From positions 331,650 to 395,649 of the forward strand of contig JBBIVW010000002.1 of the NCBI GenBank assembly GCA_037439525.1: a DNA stretch of 64,000 bases, in the 5' to 3' direction. A model generated the notes under the pieces. It worked only from the letters and a program-made list of their open reading frames with translations. It ran no database searches and was not told the DNA's origin. Origin of the DNA: Anaerolineae bacterium. Its GTDB lineage: Bacteria; Chloroflexota; Anaerolineae; Anaerolineales; UBA4823. Below, in pieces: positions 52,429-61,243 of this stretch. How positions within the stretch are numbered: the first letter of the stretch is position 1; each line of letters starts with the position of its first letter. The position numbers and the translations under genes are program-made.

Positions 52429-54689
52429 GTCTTTTTCCAAAGCTCTCCAAATACTGGGTGAGGTGGAACATCCTGATGGTTCTTGTGAGCCTGGCTGGTG
52501 GATGCCTGGCCAATGTTCAGGGCGGAGGAGCTCCTACACCTTCATGGGTGGCATCAACGGAGGGCTGGGATGCGAGCCTTCAGAAGGTGGTGCAGGATTT
52601 TTTAAATGGCTGGAAAGCGAAGGATTACAAAGCAATGTATGCACTCCTGACACAGATCAGTCAGGATGCCATAGACTTCGAGGAGTTTGAACGCACTTTT
52701 CAAGGGGTTGAAGAACAGATCGTTCTGAGTGGTGTAGATTACAACATTCGATCTGTATTAGTCAATGAGGATACTGCCCAAGTGCGTTATCAGGTCGTGT
52801 TGCATAGCGTTCTGGTGAATGACATTGCCCGTGAGACGGTGATGTATTTACGGCGTGAAGGCAATCGCTGGCGTGTTCAGTGGGATGAGGGTTTGATCCT
52901 CCCCGAATTACATGGCGGCAACACCTTATGGATGGAACGACGCGGCTATGTACCCATGCGGGCGAATATTTATGACCGCTATGGAAATCCGCTGGTGGCA
53001 CAGACGGACGCGGTAGCTGTGGGGTTACATCCGGATGAGGTGGACCCTGACCAGAAAGAGGCGCTGTTCGAGCAACTGGCCAGCTTGCTTGGCATGCGCG
53101 TCGAGGCGATCCGTGCGTATTATGAGAGCGCGCCGCCTGGCGCGGGATGGTATGTGCCTTTGGGAGAAGTTTCCGCAGAGCGTGCCATCGCGAGTTATGA
53201 AGCACTCTCAAAATTCAGCGGTGTGGTTTTGAGCGCCTATAAATCGCGATACTACTATGAGGGTGGCATTGCTCCGCATGTTACTGGCTATGTCAGCTCG
53301 ATCCAACCCGAAGAAGTTGAGTACTATACCCGCCTGGGGTATCAGCAGGATGAGCGTGTCGGGCGTAGCGGATTGGAGCGATGGGGGGAGGCTTATTTGA
53401 CGGGTAAACGCGGTGGCGCTTTGTATGTCGTCAACCCGCAAGGTCAACTCATTACCCTGCTGGCAGAGGTCAGCCCGGAGCCCCCTATGGCGATATATAC
53501 GACCATAGAGAGGGACTTTCAGCTTGCCGCGCAACAGGCGATCAGCGGCTTTCGAGGGGCAATTGTGGTCATCGAGATGCACACGGGGCGTGTATTGGCG
53601 ATGGTATCCTCTCCCGGGTTCAACCCCAATGCTTTTGAGCCGATCAACATCAACAGCACGAATATGTTGGAAGAGATTTTCTCCAATCCGTATCTTCCCT
53701 TGTTGAACCGCGCCACGCAAGGTCAGTACCCCATCGGATCGGTATTCAAGATCGTCACCATGTCTGCTGCCCTGAAAAGCGGTCTTTATTCTGCTGAATC
53801 CTCGTATCAGTGCGGGTATTTTTTTGAAGAAATCGAAGGGTTACGTCTAAACGATTGGACATATGATTATTTCCTGCATGACGGTCGGACAATGCCCAGT
53901 GGATTGCTTACCCTGCCTCAAGGGTTGATTCGTTCGTGCAACCCGTTTTTCTGGCATATTGGGCTGGATTTTTACAATCGTGGCATGACCACGGCAATTG
54001 CAGACATGGCGCGTGCCTTTGGGCTTGGCTCTGCGAGTGGTATTGTGGGTTTAGACGAGGCTTCAGGGCGCGTGCCTGAACCGGTAAATGCCATTGATGC
54101 CGTAAATCTGGCTATTGGGCAGGGAGAATTTCTGGCAACACCTTTACAGGTGGCAAACATGGTCGCTTCCATTGGCAACGGTGGCACGCTGTATCGCCCC
54201 CAGGTGATCGAGCGTGTGGTTCCACCAAGAGGCGAACCCGTGATCGAGTTCAAGCCAGAGGTCATTGGAACAATTCCTCTTAATCCGGAGAACCTGCGCA
54301 TCATCCAGGAAGCCATGGTAGGTGTCATCCGCAGTGAAAGCCCGCGCGGCACCGCCTGGCACCGCTTTACCGGTTTAGATATCCCTGTCGCCGGAAAGAC
54401 GGGCACAGCCACCTCCGGCTCGGGTCTGCCCCATGCCTGGTTTGCGGGATACACCTTTGCCGCGCAGCCCGACCGCCCAGACATCGCCATTGCTGTGGTG
54501 GTGGAAAACATCGGAGAAGGTTCCGATTACGCCGCCCCGATCTTTCGGCGCATCGTAGAACTTTATTTTAGCGGGCAGCCCCAGAAACTTTACTGGTGGG
54601 AAGCCGCCTACAACGTGACCCTGACACCCACTCCGGCGCCGGTGACGCTTACGCCCTCTCCCAGCGCGACGCAAACCTCATCCCCATAG
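52425..54689 (+). CDS. Class B penicillin-binding protein (transpeptidase) with lipobox and NTF2-like N-terminal domain
   Basis: SxxK 'GSVFKI', SxN 'RSCN', 'KTGTA'. Lipobox 'LAGGC'. ATG 52425 overlaps the maf stop (ATGA). Confidence 0.85.
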   Translation: MSLFPKLSKYWVRWNILMVLVSLAGGCLANVQGGGAPTPSWVASTEGWDASLQKVVQDFLNGWKAKDYKAMYALLTQISQDAIDFEEFERTFQGVEEQIVLSGVDYNIRSVLVNEDTAQVRYQVVLHSVLVNDIARETVMYLRREGNRWRVQWDEGLILPELHGGNTLWMERRGYVPMRANIYDRYGNPLVAQTDAVAVGLHPDEVDPDQKEALFEQLASLLGMRVEAIRAYYESAPPGAGWYVPLGEVSAERAIASYEALSKFSGVVLSAYKSRYYYEGGIAPHVTGYVSSIQPEEVEYYTRLGYQQDERVGRSGLERWGEAYLTGKRGGALYVVNPQGQLITLLAEVSPEPPMAIYTTIERDFQLAAQQAISGFRGAIVVIEMHTGRVLAMVSSPGFNPNAFEPININSTNMLEEIFSNPYLPLLNRATQGQYPIGSVFKIVTMSAALKSGLYSAESSYQCGYFFEEIEGLRLNDWTYDYFLHDGRTMPSGLLTLPQGLIRSCNPFFWHIGLDFYNRGMTTAIADMARAFGLGSASGIVGLDEASGRVPEPVNAIDAVNLAIGQGEFLATPLQVANMVASIGNGGTLYRPQVIERVVPPRGEPVIEFKPEVIGTIPLNPENLRIIQEAMVGVIRSESPRGTAWHRFTGLDIPVAGKTGTATSGSGLPHAWFAGYTFAAQPDRPDIAIAVVVENIGEGSDYAAPIFRRIVELYFSGQPQKLYWWEAAYNVTLTPTPAPVTLTPSPSATQTSSP

Positions 54690-54831
54690 GGATTGTCTTG
54701 CTGTTTCAAGGATATTTCGCCCGCACCGGCCCTTCGCATCGCCTGACCACTTTCAACGCTTGGTGGGTGGAATCGCCCACGGCTGAGGCGAAAGGATTTG
54801 CGACCTTAGAGAGTGCCGCGGAGCGTCATCG

Positions 54832-55767
54832 ATGATGAGCGAACCAGAAGAGGCAAAGACGAATTTGCTGAGAGGTCAGGTGATCAAAGCGCAGTCCGGC
54901 TTTTTTGAGGTGAGCACCCCTCAAGGGATGTTCACTTGCCGTGTGCGAGGCAGGCTTAAAAAGGGAGGCCTCAAGGGAGACCTGGTCGCAGTGGGGGATT
55001 GGGTTTGGATTTCTATGATCCGCACAGGCGTAGGCGTGATTGAACGTGTGGACCCTCGCGTGCGTGTCTTTGCGCGCCTGGCGCCTTCCCCCCAGGGAGA
55101 GTATCAACAGGTGTTGATCGCGAATTTGGACCAGGCTGTGTTGGTCTTTGCCTGTGCCAAACCCGCACCGCGTTTTGGCATGCTCGATCGCTTTTTAGTG
55201 ATCGCTGAAAAGCAAGGCGTGCCCACCTTAATCGTAGCCAATAAGATTGACCTGGTAGGAAGGCAAGCGGCTCAAGCGATGTTTGCCCCTTATCAGGCGA
55301 TTGGCTATGAGGTGTTATACACCTCCGCGCACACCAATGTGGGTGTGAGAAAACTGATGCATCACCTGAAAGGAAAACTCTCCTTGTTTACCGGCCCTTC
55401 AGGCACGGGGAAGACCAGCCTGCTCAATGCCATTCAGCCGGAATTGGGATTGCAGGTGCGTAGCGTAAGCCATGCCACAGGCAAGGGGCGCCATGCAACT
55501 GTTGTGCGACAAATGTTTCCATTAAAGGGCGGCGGGTATGTTGCCGACACTCCAGGCATCAAAGCCCTGGCATTTTGGGATATCACCCCCGAGGAATTGG
55601 ATGGCTATTTCCCCGAATTGCGCCAATTGGTGCCGGAATGTCAGTTTTCCGACTGCACGCATGTCAATGAACCTGGGTGCGCGGTGTTGCAGGCTCTGGC
55701 TGAGGGGAGGCTTCACGCCCAACGCTACCAATCGTACCTGCGCATGCGTTTTGGGGGAGAGGAGTGA
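54832..55767 (+). CDS. rsgA: Ribosome small-subunit-dependent GTPase A
   Basis: Circularly permuted GTPase 'VANKIDL', 'GPSGTGKTSLLN', 'DTPG', Zn site 'CQFSDCTHVNEPGC'. Confidence 0.9.
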   Translation: MMSEPEEAKTNLLRGQVIKAQSGFFEVSTPQGMFTCRVRGRLKKGGLKGDLVAVGDWVWISMIRTGVGVIERVDPRVRVFARLAPSPQGEYQQVLIANLDQAVLVFACAKPAPRFGMLDRFLVIAEKQGVPTLIVANKIDLVGRQAAQAMFAPYQAIGYEVLYTSAHTNVGVRKLMHHLKGKLSLFTGPSGTGKTSLLNAIQPELGLQVRSVSHATGKGRHATVVRQMFPLKGGGYVADTPGIKALAFWDITPEELDGYFPELRQLVPECQFSDCTHVNEPGCAVLQALAEGRLHAQRYQSYLRMRFGGEE

Positions 55768-55885
55768 GCTGCATGCCGATTTGCGTGCATGGGTTAGGAT
55801 TGGTGTAAAATATGGGTATGGATCGGGTAGCGGGAACTGCTTGAACCAAGTTCCCACCTGAAGAGTATCAGATATAAGGCAGATC

Positions 55886-56494
55886 ATGGAATCGTTGGTG
55901 AATTCAGGCAAGGATCGTGACTTGCTCCTCCAGCTCAAAAGGGGGAGTTTGGATGCACTCGGAGAATTGTACGATCGCCATCGCCTGTTGGTGTATCGCA
56001 CCGCACTGGTGATTTTGGGCGATCATGAAGCAGCTTCTGACCTTCTACAAGATGTTTTCTTGCGCCTGTATCGCTTTGCCGATCACATCGACTTCAATCG
56101 GCCATTAGAGCCATGGTTGTATCGTATGACGACCAACTTATGCTACACCTGGCTCAAGCGCAATCGGCGCTGGGCTTTGCCGGTGGAGGATTTACTGCAC
56201 TTCTTGATGGCTTCAAAACGAAACCTGCCAGATGAGGTGGTGGAACGCCTGGATGACTGGCAGAATGTACAAAAAGCGGTAGCCGAACTGCCCTGGCCAC
56301 AACGGGTTGTCGTGGTGTTGTACTATTTGAACGATTTGTCCATCGAGGAGATCGCCGAGGTGCTGAACATTCCGCCGGGCACAGTGAAGTCACGTTTGCA
56401 TTATAGCCGCCGGGCGTTACGGCGCTCTCTGGAGCGCGCCTATCTCCCCGAAGGCGATCGCCTCCCAGGCTTGGAATATGAAGGTTCGAGTTGA
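55886..56494 (+). CDS. ECF-subfamily RNA polymerase sigma factor
   Basis: Region 2 'LLQDVFLRLYR...PWLYRMTTN', region 4 'LSIEEIAEVLNIPPGTVKSRLHYSR'. Confidence 0.9.
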   Translation: MESLVNSGKDRDLLLQLKRGSLDALGELYDRHRLLVYRTALVILGDHEAASDLLQDVFLRLYRFADHIDFNRPLEPWLYRMTTNLCYTWLKRNRRWALPVEDLLHFLMASKRNLPDEVVERLDDWQNVQKAVAELPWPQRVVVVLYYLNDLSIEEIAEVLNIPPGTVKSRLHYSRRALRRSLERAYLPEGDRLPGLEYEGSS

Positions 56495-56512
56495 TATCGA
56501 GGCTGGTTGAGT

Positions 56513-56791
56513 ATGGATGAGGAGATGGATTTTTTCCTTAGTCGCAGTTTGAAGAACTGGGCTGCCAAGTTCTCTCCCCCGAAAGAGGCACGGGAACGCC
56601 TGCTTCAACGGGCTTCACAAACTGCACATCCTCAAAAACGTTGGTTTGTGCGGCTTCTAGAATTGATTCAACCTCGCCCTTTTGAGCCTTATGCCTTTAT
56701 CTACAATGGCGCGGAGTGGGTGATCGCGCCGCGCACCCATATGCAACTTTGGGTGTTCCACATGGCCACCGGCTGGAGATTGGCGAACTAG
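56513..56791 (+). CDS. Small hypothetical protein downstream of the ECF sigma (possible anti-sigma factor)
   Basis: Position only. Lies 18 nt after the sigma stop. No TM helix or zinc-binding anti-sigma (ZAS) motif recognised. Confidence 0.3.
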   Translation: MDEEMDFFLSRSLKNWAAKFSPPKEARERLLQRASQTAHPQKRWFVRLLELIQPRPFEPYAFIYNGAEWVIAPRTHMQLWVFHMATGWRLAN

Positions 56792-56807
56792 CCTATTACT
56801 GGCATCT

Positions 56808-58739
56808 ATGCACCATCCTCGACATCGATCGCCCCTGGCTTGGCTATGGCTGTGTGTTCTATTGTCGGCATGTACCTTGCTGGTTATTCCGCCCCAAAAC
56901 GAAGACAATCCCCCATCGCTTACCGAAGCAGCCCCTGTTCCTGTGCCTTCTTTCACACCAGAGGCGGAGGGTTTGCTGACGATTTGCCTGCCCAATGAAC
57001 CCGCTTCGCTTTTCGTTTATGCCGACACCTCTCGTTCCGCTGAGATTGTACGTCAGGCGCTTTTCGACCCGCCAGTAGAGATGATCGATTTCCAGCCTCA
57101 GGCAGTGTTGCTGGAGCAGTTGCCCGCGCAGGAGGATGGTAGCATTCGTTTTGAACCTGTAGAGGTGCAAAAGGGTAATTTAATCGTCAATAGTGAAGGT
57201 TTCTTAGTGAATCTATCCGAGGGTGTGCGCGTTTTGCCTTTTGGTTGTAAAAGCCTGGACTGTGCCCTTTCCTACACGGAGAGCATGGGCAAGATACACA
57301 TGAGTCAGATGATCGTGAAATTTACTCTGCGCAACGACCTGCTTTGGTCGGATGGCGCACCGCTTGTCGCGGATGACTCTGTGTTTTCTTTTGAAATCGC
57401 CAATGCGTACTACCCGATGATCCCCAAACCCGAGAGCATTGCCTATACTCAGTCCTACCAGTCTCTGGATACCAAAACCGTGGAGTGGCGTGGCGTGCCG
57501 GGATATAGCCCCGCGTATCCCGTGGACTTTTTCTTTCAACCTGTGCCACGCCATGTGGGGATGAACTTTTCGCCGGAAGATTTGAGAACTGCCGAGCAGT
57601 TCAATCAACAACCGATAGGTTGGGGCGCGTTTGCTTTGGAAGAATGGACGCCGGGCGATCATATATCATTGAAGCGAAACCCCAATTATTTCCAGGCATC
57701 TGCAAACTTGCCGTATTTTGATCGCCTAACGTTTCGCTTCATTTCCAATCAAAGCCAGGCGATAGAGGCATTACGCATTGGTGAATGCGATGTTTTGGAT
57801 GCCTCATATGACTTGGAAAGCCAGCGCACCCAACTGGAGGCTTTGCAAGTCGAAGGCAAGGTAAAGCTCGTTCAGCGCTCGTCTCGAGGTCTGGTGGCGC
57901 TTACCTTTGGCATTTCGTCAGAGGCACTGGGTTTTTTTGAACCAAAGGAGGCTCGCCAGGCAGTGGCTATGTGCCTGGATAAAGCCCAGATTATGGAAAA
58001 CGTGTTCCAGGATAGAGCAGAATTGGCTGAAAGCTACCTTCCCACGGGTCATCCTTTGTTAGCAATGGAATTCAAGCGCTATACCTACGATGTTCCGGCT
58101 GCCTCTGACCTGTTGACGCGCCTTGGCTGGCTGGATCACGATGGCAACCCGCTCACGCCGCGACTCGCTCAGGGCGTCGCCGGAGTGGCGGATGGCACGG
58201 AGTTTGCCGTAGAGCTGCTCGCCTTGGATGAACCTGGGCAATTGACCCTGGCTGAGGCGATCGCCGAGGCGATGGCTCAATGCGGTCTGCGCCTCACAGT
58301 CCGCGCCCTGCCCGCCGAAACGCTCTATGCCGCCTCCGAGAACGCGCCTCTTTTTGGGCGAAGGTTCGACCTGGCGCTCATCAGCTACGCATCTGGAGAG
58401 CTGCCGGCCTGCGCCTGGTTTACTTCCTCCCAAATCCCTGGGCCGATAACCGAGGCTCCCCTGGGCTGGGCTGGCTTGAACATCGCCGGATATAGTCGGA
58501 ATGAATTCGATGCCGCCTGCCAGAGCGCAACGATGGTCCCCTATCTTTCTGCAGAGTGGCACCAGGCGCAGCGCGAAGCACATGCCATATTTCAAGAGGA
58601 CTTGCCTGTGCTTCCCCTATATTGGTTGAAGCAAACCTGGGCTTTGCGCGCAGGCTTGTGTGTACCTCAGAGCCACAGCATCGCTTCAGATATTTATTGG
58701 AATTTGGAGGCCTGGACGGATGCTGAGACCTGCGAATGA
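56808..58739 (+). CDS. Family 5 (peptide/nickel type) ABC substrate-binding lipoprotein, no adjacent permease of its own
   Basis: Lipobox 'LLSAC', 'LKRNPNYF', length and overall pattern of SBP_bac_5 proteins. Confidence 0.75.
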   Translation: MHHPRHRSPLAWLWLCVLLSACTLLVIPPQNEDNPPSLTEAAPVPVPSFTPEAEGLLTICLPNEPASLFVYADTSRSAEIVRQALFDPPVEMIDFQPQAVLLEQLPAQEDGSIRFEPVEVQKGNLIVNSEGFLVNLSEGVRVLPFGCKSLDCALSYTESMGKIHMSQMIVKFTLRNDLLWSDGAPLVADDSVFSFEIANAYYPMIPKPESIAYTQSYQSLDTKTVEWRGVPGYSPAYPVDFFFQPVPRHVGMNFSPEDLRTAEQFNQQPIGWGAFALEEWTPGDHISLKRNPNYFQASANLPYFDRLTFRFISNQSQAIEALRIGECDVLDASYDLESQRTQLEALQVEGKVKLVQRSSRGLVALTFGISSEALGFFEPKEARQAVAMCLDKAQIMENVFQDRAELAESYLPTGHPLLAMEFKRYTYDVPAASDLLTRLGWLDHDGNPLTPRLAQGVAGVADGTEFAVELLALDEPGQLTLAEAIAEAMAQCGLRLTVRALPAETLYAASENAPLFGRRFDLALISYASGELPACAWFTSSQIPGPITEAPLGWAGLNIAGYSRNEFDAACQSATMVPYLSAEWHQAQREAHAIFQEDLPVLPLYWLKQTWALRAGLCVPQSHSIASDIYWNLEAWTDAETCE

Positions 58740-58765
58740 AGCCCGAATTTTGGAAAAATTTAGTG

Positions 58766-58794
58766 TTGACCTTTGCGCAGTTTCTTATTATAAT
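58766..58794 (+). promoter_or_regulatory. Consensus-like sigma-70 promoter of the ABC transporter operon
   Basis: TTGACC (58766-58771), 17-nt spacer, TATAAT (58789-58794). Confidence 0.6.
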
Positions 58795-58806
58795 TCTGCC
58801 GCAAAG
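58771..58806. promoter_or_regulatory. Inverted repeat bracketing the -10 box (candidate operator)
   Basis: CTTTGCGCAG (58771-58780) and CTGCCGCAAAG (58796-58806) are reverse complements apart from one extra C. Confidence 0.4.
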
Positions 58807-58976
58807 TTGAACTACATCATAATCGTGGTATAGGATATGTTTTTTTCTCCAAGACTAGTGACTCCCGAACCTTTGGAAGGAGGTGGTGTTATCGAAAGGA
58901 ACTTTGTATCGAAACCCCTAATCGCGTTGTTACCAAAAATCCTTTTATCTTCAAACATTCATAGGAGGAGAATACT

Positions 58977-61115
58977 ATGAACGGCAAATCGAAAGTTTTG
59001 ATCCTCTTCAGCTTTGTGGTCGTGCTGAGCATGATTTTAGCTGCGTGCGCGCCACAGGAAGTGGTCAAAACAGTGGTTGTAACGGAAGTCGTTGAGGTGC
59101 CCGGCGCTACTCAGATCGTAGAGAAGGTTGTCACCGCCGAGCCGGAAGTGGCTGCTGGGCCGATCCCTGCAGAGGGGTTGGTGGCATGCAATCCGCTGCC
59201 GGAGTTGCCCGAAGCCGCGAATTACCTGTCTTCAGCGACCTCTGGTAGCATTGCAGCTGTTCCACAGAAGCCGGCTGTTTTGCAGCTTGAGGCTGTGCCG
59301 CTGCAAGAGGGCAAAGTCTATCGCGTCGGCGTCTTTGAAGACGCGACCACGCTCAACTACTTTGCTGCCAATGGCCCGGATAACACCGTGTGGAACAGCT
59401 ATATGCTCCCTGGCCGCCTGGCACTGTATGGCTTGACCCCCAAGTACTTCAGCTTCACCCCCGTACTTGCTGCAGCCATGCCAGATCCATTGGCACAGGA
59501 AGGCGACTTCTGGGTAGTGACCATTCCGCTGCGCCAGGACATTGTCTGGAGCGACGGCACCCCGGTTTCAGCCAAAGATGTGGCCTTTACCGCCGCCACA
59601 GTAAAGAAGTTTGGCTTGATCTCGGGCAACTGGGGTAACTGGTACGACTTCAGCTACCTGGATCGGATCGAGGTGGTGGATGACTTCACCGTGAAGTATT
59701 TCTTCCACACCAAACCCGGTCTGGCACGTTACGAATGGGGCGTATTGCAGGCTCCGATCCTGCCAGCGCACTACTGGGAACCCGTGGTGACCGAAGCCGC
59801 CGCTCCGATCGACGCCTTGGGCGAGAACCCCAGCGAGGAAGACCTGGCCGCGGCACAGGCTGAAGCTCAAGACAACCTCTTCGCCCATGTCCCGGATGGC
59901 GAACCTCTTGCGGGCGCATTCGTACTCAGCAAATGGGAAAAAGGTGCGTTCCTGGAGAGTGCAAAGAACGAGACCTACTATGCAACCGGTTTGGTGGTTG
60001 AGCAGTGGGCCAATGGCGCCTATCGCGACAGCGAGGGCGTCGTTGTGGGTGAGATCGAAGGCGATCCGGAAGTGACCTACGAAGTAGGCCCGCATGTCGA
60101 CTCCGTGGTCTTCACCCTCTATGGGTCGCAGGATGCAGCTATCCTGGCGCTCAAGAACGGCGAAGTGGACTTCGTGCTCAACCCGCTTGGTCTGCAGCGC
60201 GGTCTGGCGAACCAGATTAAAACGGATCCCAACCTGACAGTGGTTGAGAACAACGTCAATGGCTTCCGCTATCTGGCTTTCAACCATCGCCGCCGCCCGA
60301 TGAACGACTGCTCGTTCCGCCAGGCGGTCGCCGTGCTCATCGATAAGGAATTCGTGACCGGCACCATCTTGCAGGGTGTGGCGTTCCCGCTGTACACCTT
60401 TGTACCGGCTGGCAACAAAGCCTGGTACTACGATGACGTTCCCAAGCTCGGTCAGGGACTGACCCGCGAACAGCGCACAAACCTGGCGCGCGAGATCCTC
60501 AAGCAGGCGGGCTACACCTGGGAGGGTGGCGTAGAACCCACCTGGGACGCGGACAACCGCCAGGTCGTTGCGGGTGGACGCTTGATCATGCCCGATGGCA
60601 CCCCCGTGCCTCCATTGACCATGCCGGCGCCCAGCCCAGGTTACGACCCATTGCGCTCGACCTTCGCCATCTGGATCGAGACCTGGTTGAACGAGTTCGG
60701 CATCCCGTTGACCGCCAACCTGGCTGGCTTCAACGTCATCGTGCCGATCATCTTCACCGAGCAGAACTTCGATATGTACATCCTCGGTTGGAGCCTGGGC
60801 CTCTTCCCAGACTACCTGTATGACTTCTTCGCCGAGGAACAGGCAGTTGCGGACGGCAACAACGCCGCCGGCTATGTCAACCCCGAATTCGAGGCGCTGG
60901 CCAAGCAACTGCTGGAGTGCGACTCCTTCGAAACCTGCAAAGCACTCTCGGACCAGATTCAGCTCTTGCTGGCCACCGAGGTGCCCTACGTGCTCCTCTT
61001 CGATACGGGCATCATCGAGGCTTACCGCAGCGCGGCGGTGGAGTATCCCTTCACCAACATGCTCAGCGGTTTGCAGTACTCTTCTGGCTTGCAGGATCTG
61101 GTAAAGGTCAAATAA
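58977..61115 (+). CDS. Family 5 ABC substrate-binding lipoprotein (oligopeptide/dipeptide type)
   Basis: Lipobox 'ILAAC', 'FNHRRRPMND', 'YILGWS'. First gene of an SBP-permease-permease-ATPase operon. Confidence 0.88.
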   Translation: MNGKSKVLILFSFVVVLSMILAACAPQEVVKTVVVTEVVEVPGATQIVEKVVTAEPEVAAGPIPAEGLVACNPLPELPEAANYLSSATSGSIAAVPQKPAVLQLEAVPLQEGKVYRVGVFEDATTLNYFAANGPDNTVWNSYMLPGRLALYGLTPKYFSFTPVLAAAMPDPLAQEGDFWVVTIPLRQDIVWSDGTPVSAKDVAFTAATVKKFGLISGNWGNWYDFSYLDRIEVVDDFTVKYFFHTKPGLARYEWGVLQAPILPAHYWEPVVTEAAAPIDALGENPSEEDLAAAQAEAQDNLFAHVPDGEPLAGAFVLSKWEKGAFLESAKNETYYATGLVVEQWANGAYRDSEGVVVGEIEGDPEVTYEVGPHVDSVVFTLYGSQDAAILALKNGEVDFVLNPLGLQRGLANQIKTDPNLTVVENNVNGFRYLAFNHRRRPMNDCSFRQAVAVLIDKEFVTGTILQGVAFPLYTFVPAGNKAWYYDDVPKLGQGLTREQRTNLAREILKQAGYTWEGGVEPTWDADNRQVVAGGRLIMPDGTPVPPLTMPAPSPGYDPLRSTFAIWIETWLNEFGIPLTANLAGFNVIVPIIFTEQNFDMYILGWSLGLFPDYLYDFFAEEQAVADGNNAAGYVNPEFEALAKQLLECDSFETCKALSDQIQLLLATEVPYVLLFDTGIIEAYRSAAVEYPFTNMLSGLQYSSGLQDLVKVK

Positions 61116-61157
61116 ACCTCAGGGAGGGTAAATCTTTATCCACCTAAGGTGAGTACT

Positions 61158-61188
61158 GGGAGGGCAAGGGGATTCCCCTGGCCCTCCC
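61158..61188 (+). terminator. Strong intra-operon stem-loop between the SBP and permease genes (partial terminator or mRNA stabiliser)
   Basis: GGGAGGGCAAGGGGA / TCCCCTGGCCCTCCC, 14 of 15 positions paired with a tiny loop, followed by ATTTCAAAA (weak U-tract). Confidence 0.45.
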
Positions 61189-61243
61189 ATTTCAAAAGGA
61201 TGTTTCAGACTCTGAGAAGAAAGCGAGGCAAGAGACCGATTCA

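Noticed and set aside
59568-60908. 446-aa ORF on the minus strand, the fourth-longest minus-strand ORF in the 3' third of the window
   Set aside because: It is entirely antisense to the well-supported family-5 binding-protein gene. The translation is Gly/Arg/Val/His-rich with no recognisable motifs. This is a typical stop-free shadow frame of a GC-rich codon-biased gene.
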